The position numbers were made by a program, and so were the translations under genes. From assembly GCA_041395785.1 (NCBI GenBank), contig JAWKZZ010000003.1:270978-334977 (forward strand): a DNA stretch of 64,000 bases. Direction: 5' to 3'. Origin of the DNA: Pseudomonadales bacterium (lineage in GTDB: Bacteria > Pseudomonadota > Gammaproteobacteria > Pseudomonadales > UBA7239). The notes under the pieces are model-generated. The model worked only from the letters and a program-made list of their open reading frames with translations, did no database searches and was not told where the DNA came from. This document shows, piece after piece, positions 9,398 through 19,344 of the stretch; positions within the stretch are counted from its first letter, which is position 1; the number at the start of each line of letters is the position of its first letter.

Positions 9398-11107
9398 TTA
9401 TTGCGCGTGCAGGCGTTGGCGCGTGGCACGGATGGCTTCGCTCTCCGGTGCCAATTTCAATCCCTGCTCCCAGATTTTTTTCGCTTCAGCTTGCTGTCCA
9501 GTGAGCCATAGTACTTCACCGAGATGGGCAGCAACTTCGTCGTCTGGTTGTAGGGCGTAGGATTTTTTCAAGCGCAGCACGGCTTCTTCATTTTGTCCGA
9601 TGCGAAACAGCAGCCAGCCCATGCTGTCGAGGATGGCCGGGTCTTCAGGGCGTAAGGCGAGTGCGCGCTCCAATAATTTCTTGGCTTCGTCCAATTGGCG
9701 ATTGTCGTCGGCCAGCAAATATCCGAGTGCATTCAGGGCGTCGACATTGTCGGGCTCGCGCGCAAGTACGATGCGTAAATCGGCTTCTGCTGCCGCGGTG
9801 TCGTTACTTTTTTGGTGGACCAGTGAGCGCGCCATGTAGAGGCTAGTTTGTTGCGGGTATTTGTCGATTGCCTCATTGAGTGCGGCCAAGCTGCGCGGTA
9901 AATCATTATTTCGGAACAGCGTATCGGCTTCGATTAGGTACAAGGCATACGCTTGCTCTGGATGTGCTTGGCGTTGTTCAGCCAGCCATTGTTGTCCTTC
10001 CAGGCGATGATTTTGTTGCATCATCAGGCTGAATACTTTGGTGGTGGCGGGCAAGTACTCGCTGCCACTTTCCACGCGTCGAAAGTGTTCCGATGCTTTA
10101 TTGTTTTTTTGATCTATTTGGGCGATTTCACCGAGATAGAAGTGCGCCGTATCCGTATGTTTTTTAAGAAACAGCAGTTGTTCAAAAAACTCGCGTGCGA
10201 GTGCGTAATCTTTTAATTGGAAATTGACGCGCGCGCGCGCCAATAACAGGTTGGACTCCATGGAATTGCGTTGTGCCAAGTAATCAAATTGTTCGCGCGC
10301 TTTTTTTAGATCCTGCTCGCTCAACATGCGCGCGTATTCCATGCGCAGTTTGTCGTTGTCGGGCTGATCGTTGACGATATCCCCCATGTGCTTGATGGCG
10401 GTGTCTGGTCTTCCATTTTTGTACAGCACATCAATTTCAAGTAAGCGCGCGGCGAGATTCATTTTGTCTGCCGTCAGCGCTTTGTTGATCAGCGATAAGC
10501 TGTCTTCGTAGCGTGCGCCAGCCGATAGCAGTGCAGCATTGCCCAACAAAAGATCAATATTGTCAGGGTAATCTTCTAGCAGCTCAGCGTATTGCTGTGT
10601 GAGTTGTGGTAGGTGTTTGTCGTCAGTGGCAACAGGATTGGTGGCAATAGCGAGAAACAGTGAGCTGGCGCGTAGAGACAGCAGGCGTTTGGACTGCTGG
10701 AGGGCAGATTGCAAACTGCCATTGTCGAGAAAATATTGCCCAGCGATATAAATAGGTTCTGGATTTTCTGGCTCAAGGCTTGACCACAGTTGTGCGAGAT
10801 CCAAAGCGGCTTGGTCGGCTTGCAGATAACCGGCCAGCATCGTGGCGCGGCGCGCAACGCCGGGGTCGCGCGTTGTATAGGCTTGTTGGTAATAGTTGGC
10901 GAGCGCAACATCCAGCTGCCCGCGATTGATGGCTACTTCAGCAACTAGCAGTGAGTAGAGTGCGCCTTCAGGAAAAGGGCGGCTGTCATGGCTTGTTGGC
11001 AGTGTGCTGCTGCTGTCCGGCGTGCTCGGTGATTGGTAGCCGCAACTGCCGAGTGTCAAAATGAGGCCGGCTGCTAATCCGCGCACAAAAGCCTGTCGTG
11101 TGAGCAT
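9398..11107 (-). CDS. tetratricopeptide-repeat lipoprotein
   Basis: Lipobox LTLGSC lies after the Met at 11107, and TPR-like helices run throughout. It is divergent from hemA, as is the roughly 590-aa TPR protein next to hemA in Pseudomonas (from memory). Confidence 0.7.
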   Translation of the reverse strand: MLTRQAFVRGLAAGLILTLGSCGYQSPSTPDSSSTLPTSHDSRPFPEGALYSLLVAEVAINRGQLDVALANYYQQAYTTRDPGVARRATMLAGYLQADQAALDLAQLWSSLEPENPEPIYIAGQYFLDNGSLQSALQQSKRLLSLRASSLFLAIATNPVATDDKHLPQLTQQYAELLEDYPDNIDLLLGNAALLSAGARYEDSLSLINKALTADKMNLAARLLEIDVLYKNGRPDTAIKHMGDIVNDQPDNDKLRMEYARMLSEQDLKKAREQFDYLAQRNSMESNLLLARARVNFQLKDYALAREFFEQLLFLKKHTDTAHFYLGEIAQIDQKNNKASEHFRRVESGSEYLPATTKVFSLMMQQNHRLEGQQWLAEQRQAHPEQAYALYLIEADTLFRNNDLPRSLAALNEAIDKYPQQTSLYMARSLVHQKSNDTAAAEADLRIVLAREPDNVDALNALGYLLADDNRQLDEAKKLLERALALRPEDPAILDSMGWLLFRIGQNEEAVLRLKKSYALQPDDEVAAHLGEVLWLTGQQAEAKKIWEQGLKLAPESEAIRATRQRLHAQ

Positions 11108-11212
11108 GTATGCCACCTTGTCTGTAATCGCGTCGGCCATGATATAGAGAGACTGCGGATTACCCAACACGAGGCGGGCGGTATAATGCCGCCGATTCTT
11201 GCGGGTTGCTGC

Positions 11213-12421
11213 ATGTCTTTATTAGTTCTCGGTATCAATCATAATTCTGCTGCATTGGCGTTGCGTGAACGCGTCAGCATTGCGCCTGCGCAGATGACAG
11301 AGGCGCTGTGTTCGCTGTCGGCGGCGATGGGCGGTGCGGACGCGGTCATTCTGTCCACCTGCAATCGCACCGAGCTGTATTTGGCGGTTGGAGCGGCAGT
11401 GCATGCGCATGATGTACTCGCTTGGCTGGCTGCATTTCACCATTTAGATATAGACGAATTGCGCCATTGCCATTACAGCCACAGCGGCGAAATAGCGGTG
11501 CGGCATTTGATGTTGGTGTCCTGCGGCTTGGATTCTTTAGTGCTGGGCGAGCCGCAAATTTTTGGGCAGATGAAGTCGGCGTTTGCGCAAGCAGAAGAAG
11601 CTGGCACCTTGAATGGTTCATTGCATCAAACTTTTCAGCAAGTGTTTGCGGTTTCGAAGCGTGTGCGTTCGGAAACGGCAATCGGCCACAACCCAGTTTC
11701 GGTGGCGTATGCAGCGGTGCGTTTAGCGCAGCGAATTTTTTCTGATTTGCGCAACAATACAGCCTTGTTAATTGGCGCAGGCAAAACCATCGAGTTGGTG
11801 GCGCGCCATTTGCGTGAGCAGGGCATCGATAACATTATTATTGCCAATCGCACGCTGGAGCGCGCACAAGAATTGGCGGAATCGATTCAGGCAGAAGCGA
11901 TTTTATTGGGTGATATCCCGACGCGTTTGCATGAAGCCGATATTGTCATTTCATCTACCGCCAGTCAGTTGCCCGTCTTAGGAAAAGGCGCTGTAGAGCA
12001 AGCATTGAAACAGCGGCGACATCGGCCAATGTTTATGGTGGATATTGCCGTGCCGCGCGACATCGAATCGCAAGTGGCAGAATTGGACGATGTGTATTTG
12101 TATACCGTCGACGATCTGCGCGATGTGATCGATGAAAATTTGCGCGCGCGCGAGCAGGCGGCAGAAGATGCGCGTGTGATCGTCGAGGAAGGTGTTGCCG
12201 CGTATCGACAAGGAAAATTTGAGCAAGAAGCGGCGTCAAGCATCGTGGAGTATCGCCGCAAGGCAGAAACTTGGCGCGATGCTGAAGTTGAACGCGCGCT
12301 CAAAGCGGTGGCGCAAGGGCAGTCAATTGATGACGCGGTGAAAACCTTGGCGCGCAATTTAACCAATAAGTTATTGCATCACCCTACGGAGATGCTGAAG
12401 CGCCTGCCGGAACAGCGCTAG
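11213..12421 (+). CDS. hemA: glutamyl-tRNA reductase
   Basis: LVLGINHNSA start, catalytic-Cys motif STCNRTELY and Rossmann motif IGAGKTIELVARHL. The C-terminus (LLHHPTEMLKRLPEQR) is shorter than I recall for E. coli/Pseudomonas HemA. Confidence 0.92.
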   Translation: MSLLVLGINHNSAALALRERVSIAPAQMTEALCSLSAAMGGADAVILSTCNRTELYLAVGAAVHAHDVLAWLAAFHHLDIDELRHCHYSHSGEIAVRHLMLVSCGLDSLVLGEPQIFGQMKSAFAQAEEAGTLNGSLHQTFQQVFAVSKRVRSETAIGHNPVSVAYAAVRLAQRIFSDLRNNTALLIGAGKTIELVARHLREQGIDNIIIANRTLERAQELAESIQAEAILLGDIPTRLHEADIVISSTASQLPVLGKGAVEQALKQRRHRPMFMVDIAVPRDIESQVAELDDVYLYTVDDLRDVIDENLRAREQAAEDARVIVEEGVAAYRQGKFEQEAASSIVEYRRKAETWRDAEVERALKAVAQGQSIDDAVKTLARNLTNKLLHHPTEMLKRLPEQR

Positions 12422-13970
12422 CATTTTTGTAGCGGTAAATGGTGTATTCGCCATCGACTTCTTCTGCCACTTCGTAGTTTATTTCAAGGAAAGAAAATAA
12501 CTCGCGAAATTCTTTCAGTCGATTGCCGCCAGCTGGATGAAAAAAATTGTGAATATAGACAAAAAACGCAGGTGGATTCCTCGTCATGGTATCCAGAAAT
12601 TCACGGCGAAATCCTTGTGTAACTGGTGAAGAGGGTTGTAAGTAGAGAGGGATGTCTTCGACAAAGCGTGTGGCGCTGGCCGCGCGCGCTAATAGCAGTG
12701 CGCCTTGGCCATCGCCGGAACCATCTAAGCTCTGCACCTTGTCATTTGGCTGCATGTTGGCAATCAAATAGCGCGCAATTTTTTGTGAGCGAATACCGTG
12801 ATTTTCTGCAGAGTAATGTTTGGAGTAGAGGTTGCTGATGTCGTATTTGCCTATCGTGTAAACCGCCATGGTGAACAGGATGACAGGCAGTATAGCGATA
12901 TATTTTTCTACTGGGTGTGAGCCGGTATTGGTAGGCGTGAGCAGCAAAGAAAAACAAAGGATGGCAAAGAAATAGGGCGGCAATAAATGCGCAAACCAAA
13001 ACTTGCCAGCTATGATTTCATGCCAGCTGATTGCAAAAGTTGCGATAGCAATATAGCTGAGCCGTTTTAGCGTTTCTGGATTATTGCGGTGTTGCCGCCA
13101 CGCCCAAAGCAATGCGGGGATAGATAGCAGACTCATTTTTAACAAATGAGCGCCTTGCATGCGAAGCAGTTCGAGTAATTGTTGTTGAGTGTTCTCGTAG
13201 TGATATAGATCGGAGCGCGTGGATACATAAAGTGGCGTATAGGTTTTATAGAGTTCGATTAACTCCTTGAAGTCAGCGTGTTGCATTCCCCAAACCAATG
13301 GCACTGCAAAAATAACTACAAACGCGCTTGCGATGGGCGGAAAAGTGATTGTTAAGCGCTGCCAATAGCTGCCCTGCATTTTAGAGAGTAGGATCCAAAA
13401 GAATGCCGGCGCAACAACCGCAAAATTGGGTTTCAGTGTGCAGGCGGCACCGCACAATGCGCCGATCCATGCGGCATCACGCACGGGTTTGACCGATGTG
13501 TTGCACAGTAGCGCCAAGACTGCCGCTAAAGGCAGTGTGGCAAGGTAGTCGCGTTGAAAAGCAGCAGTTGTGCCTCCTGCGATGTAAACCAGCGCGAACA
13601 GCATCGGTGCAAAAATAGCGCCTGGTTTTGAAATGGGTGCAATAATTTTCCAGCTGCAGAATGCCAGTGCGGCGAGCACAGCGGCATCAAGAAAACGAAT
13701 GGGCAGCGCGCTGTAGCCGAACAGTTTTCCGATCATCGCGTGTAAAAAGAATGGCCCAGGCAAATTGTTTTCAAAAATATCGCGATACAGCAGGAATTGC
13801 TTTTCGTTAATCAGATAGGCGCTGTAGTGCAGCATCGCCAAGTCCATGTCGATGGGCTGGTAACGCGCCAGCCACAGGCAGACCAGCGTGGCGCAAGCTG
13901 CCAATGTGGCGCAGAGCCAGGCGGCGATGTAGGTGATTTTAGGCACGATATTTTCCGTGGTGATGTGCAA
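12384..13970 (-). CDS. polytopic membrane protein with C-terminal soluble domain, GT-C/ArnT-PMT-like architecture (function unverified)
   Basis: 528-aa ORF (TTG start at 13970; alternative GVG/GTG at 13946) with about 10 or more hydrophobic segments. There is an acidic first-loop motif (QPIDMDLAML, FENNLPGPFF). Its 3' end overlaps hemA by 38 nt. A paralogue lies at 63229-64000. Confidence 0.55.
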   Translation of the reverse strand: MHITTENIVPKITYIAAWLCATLAACATLVCLWLARYQPIDMDLAMLHYSAYLINEKQFLLYRDIFENNLPGPFFLHAMIGKLFGYSALPIRFLDAAVLAALAFCSWKIIAPISKPGAIFAPMLFALVYIAGGTTAAFQRDYLATLPLAAVLALLCNTSVKPVRDAAWIGALCGAACTLKPNFAVVAPAFFWILLSKMQGSYWQRLTITFPPIASAFVVIFAVPLVWGMQHADFKELIELYKTYTPLYVSTRSDLYHYENTQQQLLELLRMQGAHLLKMSLLSIPALLWAWRQHRNNPETLKRLSYIAIATFAISWHEIIAGKFWFAHLLPPYFFAILCFSLLLTPTNTGSHPVEKYIAILPVILFTMAVYTIGKYDISNLYSKHYSAENHGIRSQKIARYLIANMQPNDKVQSLDGSGDGQGALLLARAASATRFVEDIPLYLQPSSPVTQGFRREFLDTMTRNPPAFFVYIHNFFHPAGGNRLKEFRELFSFLEINYEVAEEVDGEYTIYRYKNASAVPAGASASP

Positions 13971-14037
13971 GCGGCACTATCATACCTGCCGGACAACAAA
14001 CAACGATACAATGCCGCGCAATTAATGAGCGTGCCCC

Positions 14038-15123
14038 ATGAAGCCTTCTATCCTCACCAAATTACAGCGATTGCTAGAGCGCCACGAGGAGTTGGCGGCT
14101 CTGTTGAGCGATGCGGAGGTGATTGCGAACCAAGAAAAGTTTCGCCTGTATTCGCGCGAATTTGCTGAGTTGGAGCCGGTGGTTGCCGCATATCGTCGTT
14201 ATCAAACGGTGATGGACGACATCCAAACCGCCAAAGAATTGTTGCAAGACGGCGATGCGGAACTCAAAGCGATGGCTGAAGACGAGCTGCGCGATGCGGA
14301 TGCTCGTCTGCAAACCGTCGAGGAAGAATTGCAGACTCTGTTGTTGCCGAAAGACCCCGACGATGGGCGCAATGTTTTTTTAGAAGTTCGCGCTGGCACA
14401 GGCGGTGATGAGGCAGCTATTTTTTCCGGTGATTTGTTTCGCATGTACAGCCGTTATGCCGATGAGCGCGGCTGGCGTGTGGAAATTATCAGTGAGCGCC
14501 CTGGCGAACATGGCGGCTACAAAGAAATTATTACTCGAGTGTCGGGTGCGGATGTGTACTCGCGTTTGAAATTTGAATCGGGCGCACATCGGGTGCAGCG
14601 CGTGCCGGCAACGGAGGCGCAAGGGCGCATTCATACTTCGGCGTGTACGGTCGCCATTCTTCCGGAATTGGATGAAGTGGAAGCGGTTAATATCGACAAA
14701 AATGAATTGCGTATTGATACCTTTCGTTCGTCGGGTGCTGGCGGTCAGCATGTCAACAAAACCGATTCTGCCATTCGCATCACGCATCTTCCTAGCGGCA
14801 TTGTGGTGGAGTGTCAGGACGAACGCAGTCAGCACAAAAACCGCGCGCGGGCGATGGCGTTATTGGTAGCGAAATTGCACAGTAGTGCCGTGAGTCAGCA
14901 ACAACAACAGCAGGCGGATGAACGCAGAAATTTAGTCGGCAGTGGTGATCGTTCTGAGCGCATCCGCACCTACAATTTTCCGCAAGGGCGCATGACCGAT
15001 CACCGCATCAATCTCACGCTGTACGCCTTAGACGAAATCATGCAAGGAAAATTGGATGCCGTGATTCAACCGCTGATCAACGAGCATCAAGCGGATTTGT
15101 TGGCCGCCTTGGGTAACGAATAA
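14038..15123 (+). CDS. prfA: peptide chain release factor 1
   Basis: GGQ motif ([14 protein letters not shown]) and the RF1-specific PAT tripeptide (RVPATE). 361 aa. Confidence 0.97.
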   Translation: MKPSILTKLQRLLERHEELAALLSDAEVIANQEKFRLYSREFAELEPVVAAYRRYQTVMDDIQTAKELLQDGDAELKAMAEDELRDADARLQTVEEELQTLLLPKDPDDGRNVFLEVRAGTGGDEAAIFSGDLFRMYSRYADERGWRVEIISERPGEHGGYKEIITRVSGADVYSRLKFESGAHRVQRVPATEAQGRIHTSACTVAILPELDEVEAVNIDKNELRIDTFRSSGAGGQHVNKTDSAIRITHLPSGIVVECQDERSQHKNRARAMALLVAKLHSSAVSQQQQQQADERRNLVGSGDRSERIRTYNFPQGRMTDHRINLTLYALDEIMQGKLDAVIQPLINEHQADLLAALGNE

Positions 15124-15126
15124 AAA

Positions 15127-15993
15127 ATGGCCGCGTTGCGAACTATCGAGAGCTGTCTCACACAGGCTGCGATAGCGTTGCAAAATATCAGTGATAGCCC
15201 GCGCTTGGATGCGGAGGTGCTGCTATCCAATGTATTGCACCGCAATCGAACTTATTTGTATGCGTACAGCGATTCACTCGTGGATGAGGCTGTCGAATTG
15301 GAATTTTTTCAGCAGGTGGCGCGCCGGAAATCTGGCGAGCCGGTGGCGCATATCACGGGCAGTCGTGAATTTTGGTCGCTGCCGTTGTCAGTCAATAACA
15401 GCACGCTTATTCCACGGCCTGATACTGAGCTGTTAGTGGAAACTGCATTGGCGATTTGTCAGCAAGATCAGGCGCGTGTTCTTGATCTGGGAACGGGAAC
15501 AGGTGCGATCGCCTTGGCTTTGGCGAAAGAACAGCCGGCGTGGCGTATTGACGCTGTGGATAAGCAAGCGAATGCTGTGCAACTTGCGCGGCAGAATGCA
15601 GCGATGCTCGCACTAAACAATGTGCAGATTTATGAAAGCGATTGGTTTGCTGCCGTGCCGACGGATTCGTGTTTTGATTTGATTGTCAGCAATCCACCGT
15701 ATATTGCAAAAGATGATCCGCATTTGTTAGAGGGTGATGTGCGATTTGAGCCGCGCAGTGCCCTAATCGCTGCTGATGACGGTTATGCCGATTTGTTTTT
15801 TTTAGCGCGCGAGGCAAAAAAGTTTTTGTGCGCGCAAGGTGTTTTATTGTTGGAGCACGGTTTTGCACAAGGTGAATCATTGCGCGCCTACTTGCGGCAG
15901 TGTGGCTACAGTGGTGTGAAAACGGTGCGTGATTACGGCGCTAACGAACGGGTGACATGTGCTGTTTGGTCGGGCGAGGTGATATATGGATGA
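15127..15993 (+). CDS. prmC: release factor glutamine N5-methyltransferase
   Basis: SAM-binding motif VLDLGTGTGAIAL and catalytic NPPY (VSNPPYI). Immediately downstream of prfA. Confidence 0.9.
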   Translation: MAALRTIESCLTQAAIALQNISDSPRLDAEVLLSNVLHRNRTYLYAYSDSLVDEAVELEFFQQVARRKSGEPVAHITGSREFWSLPLSVNNSTLIPRPDTELLVETALAICQQDQARVLDLGTGTGAIALALAKEQPAWRIDAVDKQANAVQLARQNAAMLALNNVQIYESDWFAAVPTDSCFDLIVSNPPYIAKDDPHLLEGDVRFEPRSALIAADDGYADLFFLAREAKKFLCAQGVLLLEHGFAQGESLRAYLRQCGYSGVKTVRDYGANERVTCAVWSGEVIYG

Positions 15994-16738
15994 TCAACAA
16001 TTGCTGCGCTATAGCCGTCACATCATGTTGGATGGTTTTGATGTGGAAGGGCAGGTGCGTGTCAATCAGGCGCGTGTATTGATTGTCGGTGCCGGCGGTC
16101 TCGGTTGTCCGGCTGCGTTGTATTTGGCATCGAGTGGTGTCGGTCATTTAGTGATTGCTGATGACGATGTGGTGGAGTTGAGTAATTTACAGCGTCAAAT
16201 TGCTCATCGCGATAGCAATATCGGCAAAGAAAAAGTGTTGTCATTGGCAGAAACGCTGCGCGGGATTAATCCAACTGTCGTGGTTGATCCCTTGCTCGTG
16301 CGCTTGCAGGGAGAAGCCTTGTCGCAGCAGATTGCAAAAGCCGATGTGGTGTTGGATTGTTCAGATAATTTCACTACGCGTTTGGCGATCAATCACGCGT
16401 GTGTCTTGCATCAAAAGCCGCTGGTATCCGGTGCGGCCATTCGCAGTGAAGGGCAAGTTGCGGTATTTAATTTGCATGGCGCCAGCCCTTGTTATGCCTG
16501 CTTATATGGCGAACAGGATATGCAGGAGAATTTATCGTGCAGCGACAGCGGTGTGTTGGCGCCGTTGGTGGGCATTATCGGTGCTGTGCAAGCGACAGAG
16601 GCTTTAAAAATTCTTGCTGGATACGGAGAGCCGCTGGATGGTCGTGTATTGTTGTTGGATGCCTGCACGATGCAATGGCGCACACTGTCTCTGAAGAAAG
16701 ACAGCGCCTGTGCGATCTGCGGAAAACAAACAGCTTAA
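15986..16738 (+). CDS. moeB: molybdopterin-synthase adenylyltransferase MoeB (ThiF/MoeB family)
   Basis: LRYSRHIML, Rossmann motif VGAGGLGCPAALYLA, NLQRQ and two CxxC pairs (CYAC, CAIC). Same position as moeB in the Pseudomonas hemA-prfA-prmC-moeB block. Confidence 0.8.
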   Translation: MDDQQLLRYSRHIMLDGFDVEGQVRVNQARVLIVGAGGLGCPAALYLASSGVGHLVIADDDVVELSNLQRQIAHRDSNIGKEKVLSLAETLRGINPTVVVDPLLVRLQGEALSQQIAKADVVLDCSDNFTTRLAINHACVLHQKPLVSGAAIRSEGQVAVFNLHGASPCYACLYGEQDMQENLSCSDSGVLAPLVGIIGAVQATEALKILAGYGEPLDGRVLLLDACTMQWRTLSLKKDSACAICGKQTA

Positions 16739-17493
16739 AACTGCAAACTGCGCCCACCGTCGACGCGCAGTATTTGTCCGGTGATGTAGGGTGCATCGCG
16801 CAATAAAAACAATACTGTGCGAGCAATGTCCTCGATGTCACCTGTGCGTTGCAGTGGAATGCTGGCCAATATTTTTTCTTGTGTAGCAGCGTGAGAAATA
16901 TTGTGTGATTCTGGCCACAGTATCGCGCCAGGCGCAATGCCATTTACGCGCACTTGTGGTGCCAGTTCCACGGCCAGTGATTGCGTGAGCATTGCATTGC
17001 CTGCTTTTGCCATGCAGTAAACCGTGTGCTTGGCCAACGGTTTTTCGGCGTAGATGTCGGCAATATTAATAATGCATCCTGTATGTTTTTTTAGCGTAGG
17101 CGCTAGTGCTTGCGCGAGAAAAAAGGGGGCTTTCATGTTGCTGGCGATGAGTGCGTCCCAGTCTGTTTCTGTTGTGCTGCCAATCGGTGTGGGATAAAAC
17201 GCAGAAGCATTGTTGATCAGTGCATCCACTCGCCCCCAATGTGCTTCCGCTCGTTGCGCTAGGTGTTGTAGGGCTGGTGTGTCTTGTAAATCTGCAGCAA
17301 GACACACGGCGGATGCAGCGCGGCGTTGATTGAGTGTTTCAACGAGAGCGGTGGCATTGTCGGCGGAGTGTCGATAGTGGATGACAATGTTGTAGCCGGC
17401 GCCGTGTAATCGCTCGGCAATGGCAGCGCCGATGCGTTGTGCGGCGCCAGTGATCAGCGCGACAGGTGCTGTGTTATTGATTTCTGTATTCAC
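16735..17493 (-). CDS. short-chain dehydrogenase, pteridine reductase/FolM-like
   Basis: The ITGAAQRIG cofactor motif (typical of PTR1/FolM), NNAS and the YxxxK catalytic motif (YCMAKAG). Its stop overlaps the moeB stop (TTAA). Confidence 0.65.
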   Translation of the reverse strand: MNTEINNTAPVALITGAAQRIGAAIAERLHGAGYNIVIHYRHSADNATALVETLNQRRAASAVCLAADLQDTPALQHLAQRAEAHWGRVDALINNASAFYPTPIGSTTETDWDALIASNMKAPFFLAQALAPTLKKHTGCIINIADIYAEKPLAKHTVYCMAKAGNAMLTQSLAVELAPQVRVNGIAPGAILWPESHNISHAATQEKILASIPLQRTGDIEDIARTVLFLLRDAPYITGQILRVDGGRSLQF

Positions 17494-18725
17494 GAAGCCG
17501 CCATATCAGGTTGTGCAATGGTTTTTAATGTTTGTATGCGCAAGCGACGCAATTCCTCGCCAAAGGCTTTGCCGGAAAACTTAGCGTGATCAATCTCTTT
17601 GCCCGTCACCGCGCAGCACAATGCAAAGGCTTCGCGCAAAAAAGCGGTAGGTTTGTAGTCGCACTGCTCAAACCCTGTGCGCCCTCGCGCATCGGCTTCA
17701 CAGGCCATTAAAAAGGGTTCTAGCCGTTGTGGGCGGCGAAATAGATCTAAGTTTTCAAACAACTCAAGAAGCGTGGTAGCGCGCAGTGTCAATGCGCGGT
17801 GACAGTGTGTGTGATACACGGCTGTCAGCACGGCGAGATCGCGATACTCCGACGGTGCGCCTAAACGCTCGCACAGTGCAATCACGAGCGGCTTACTTTT
17901 GCTTTCATGGCCGATATGGCGCGGCAATACATCGGCAGGTGTGAGTGCTTTGCCTAAATCGTGGCAGAGCGTAGCGAAGCGTGCGAATGTATTGTCCGTC
18001 AATCTTGCACACTGTTCTAATGCCATCAGTGTGTGAATGCCGGTGTCAATTTCTGGGTGATGTTGTGGCGACTGCGGCACGCCAAACAGCGCATCCACTT
18101 CAGGAAAAATGACGGCCAGTGCTTTGCATTGCCGCAACACATCAAAAAAAACTTGTGGGTTTTTTTCGCCCAGCGCGCGTTCGCATTCACGCCATACGCG
18201 TTCTGCGGTTAGTGCAGATACTTCGCCGTTCTCTACCATGCTCTGCATCAGTGCGAGCGTTTCATCGGCAATGCGGAAACCTAAATGATGAAAACGAGCG
18301 GCGAAGCGCGCCAAACGCAAAATGCGCACGGGGTCTTCTACAAAGGCGGGAGAGACATGGCGCAGTATTTTATGTTGCAAATCTTTTTGGCCGCAGTAAG
18401 GGTCAAATAATTGTCCTGAGCTGTCTTGCGCGATAGCGTTGATGGTCAAGTCGCGGCGATACAAATCCTGCTCGAGTGTGACCGTGGGTTCTGCGTGAAA
18501 AATAAAGCCGTGATAGCCGGGCGCAGTTTTGCGTTCGGTGCGTGCCAGCGCATATTCCTCATGCGTTTCTGGATGCAAAAACACGGGGAAATCTTTGCCA
18601 ACTGGCGTGTAGCCTTGCGCGAGCATTTGTTCAGGTGTGGCGTTAGTTACCACCCAGTCGCGTTCGTGTACAGGCAGACCGAGCAATTGGTCGCGCACCG
18701 CACCGCCCACCAAATAAGTTTCCAT
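17490..18725 (-). CDS. cca: multifunctional CCA-adding enzyme (tRNA nucleotidyltransferase with HD domain)
   Basis: YLVGGAVRD head-domain motif, RRDLTINA and a C-terminal HD domain (CHDLGK). 411 aa. Confidence 0.9.
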   Translation of the reverse strand: METYLVGGAVRDQLLGLPVHERDWVVTNATPEQMLAQGYTPVGKDFPVFLHPETHEEYALARTERKTAPGYHGFIFHAEPTVTLEQDLYRRDLTINAIAQDSSGQLFDPYCGQKDLQHKILRHVSPAFVEDPVRILRLARFAARFHHLGFRIADETLALMQSMVENGEVSALTAERVWRECERALGEKNPQVFFDVLRQCKALAVIFPEVDALFGVPQSPQHHPEIDTGIHTLMALEQCARLTDNTFARFATLCHDLGKALTPADVLPRHIGHESKSKPLVIALCERLGAPSEYRDLAVLTAVYHTHCHRALTLRATTLLELFENLDLFRRPQRLEPFLMACEADARGRTGFEQCDYKPTAFLREAFALCCAVTGKEIDHAKFSGKAFGEELRRLRIQTLKTIAQPDMAAS

Positions 18726-18749
18726 CGTCTTGTGTGTGAGGGTTAAAAA

Positions 18750-19226
18750 TTAGTTGCGATAGCCTTCTTTCGACGGCACTACCCGACTTCCACGCGGATT
18801 TTCCATCAGTTTGACGCGTTGACCAACGCCAAACTGTTGTTCGCTGGTCGGCACCGCAATGGCAACGGTGCGACCGCTGTCGAGCTGTATGATCAGCTCC
18901 CAACCGTCGGCCTCGGTTATATTCTGTTGCGCCACACTGCCGACTAGTCCGCCGACAAGAATGCCGAGCATGGTGCCGAGACCTTTGTCCCATTGGCCTG
19001 ACACAGCATTGCCAGCAATACCACCAATCACAGAGCCGGTAACTGCACCGACCCCATTGCTGTAGCCGCGCATATTGACGCGGCGCATTTCACGCACGGT
19101 GCCGTATTCGACATTCATGGACTGATTGGCGTCATAACGCGAGTAGGCGTCTTCTGATCGGTAGGTACAGCCGATAGTCAAGCTGGCGAGGCTGGCCGCG
19201 AGTGCAATAAAGATAATTTTTTTCAT
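18750..19226 (-). CDS. glycine-zipper outer-membrane lipoprotein (SlyB/17-kDa antigen-like)
   Basis: Lipobox LTIGC and glycine-zipper stretches (GAVTGSVIGGIAGNAV, GTMLGILVGGLVGS). Confidence 0.75.
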   Translation of the reverse strand: MKKIIFIALAASLASLTIGCTYRSEDAYSRYDANQSMNVEYGTVREMRRVNMRGYSNGVGAVTGSVIGGIAGNAVSGQWDKGLGTMLGILVGGLVGSVAQQNITEADGWELIIQLDSGRTVAIAVPTSEQQFGVGQRVKLMENPRGSRVVPSKEGYRN

Positions 19227-19344
19227 GCGACAGCCCTCGTGTTGATGTGCAGAGCATCAGACAACGAACGCAGTGGGAAAGTCAAACTCGTGTAAATCAC
19301 CGTAAAAACTTTGATAATGTCGCCAGCTAGCAGAGAGCAAAGAC

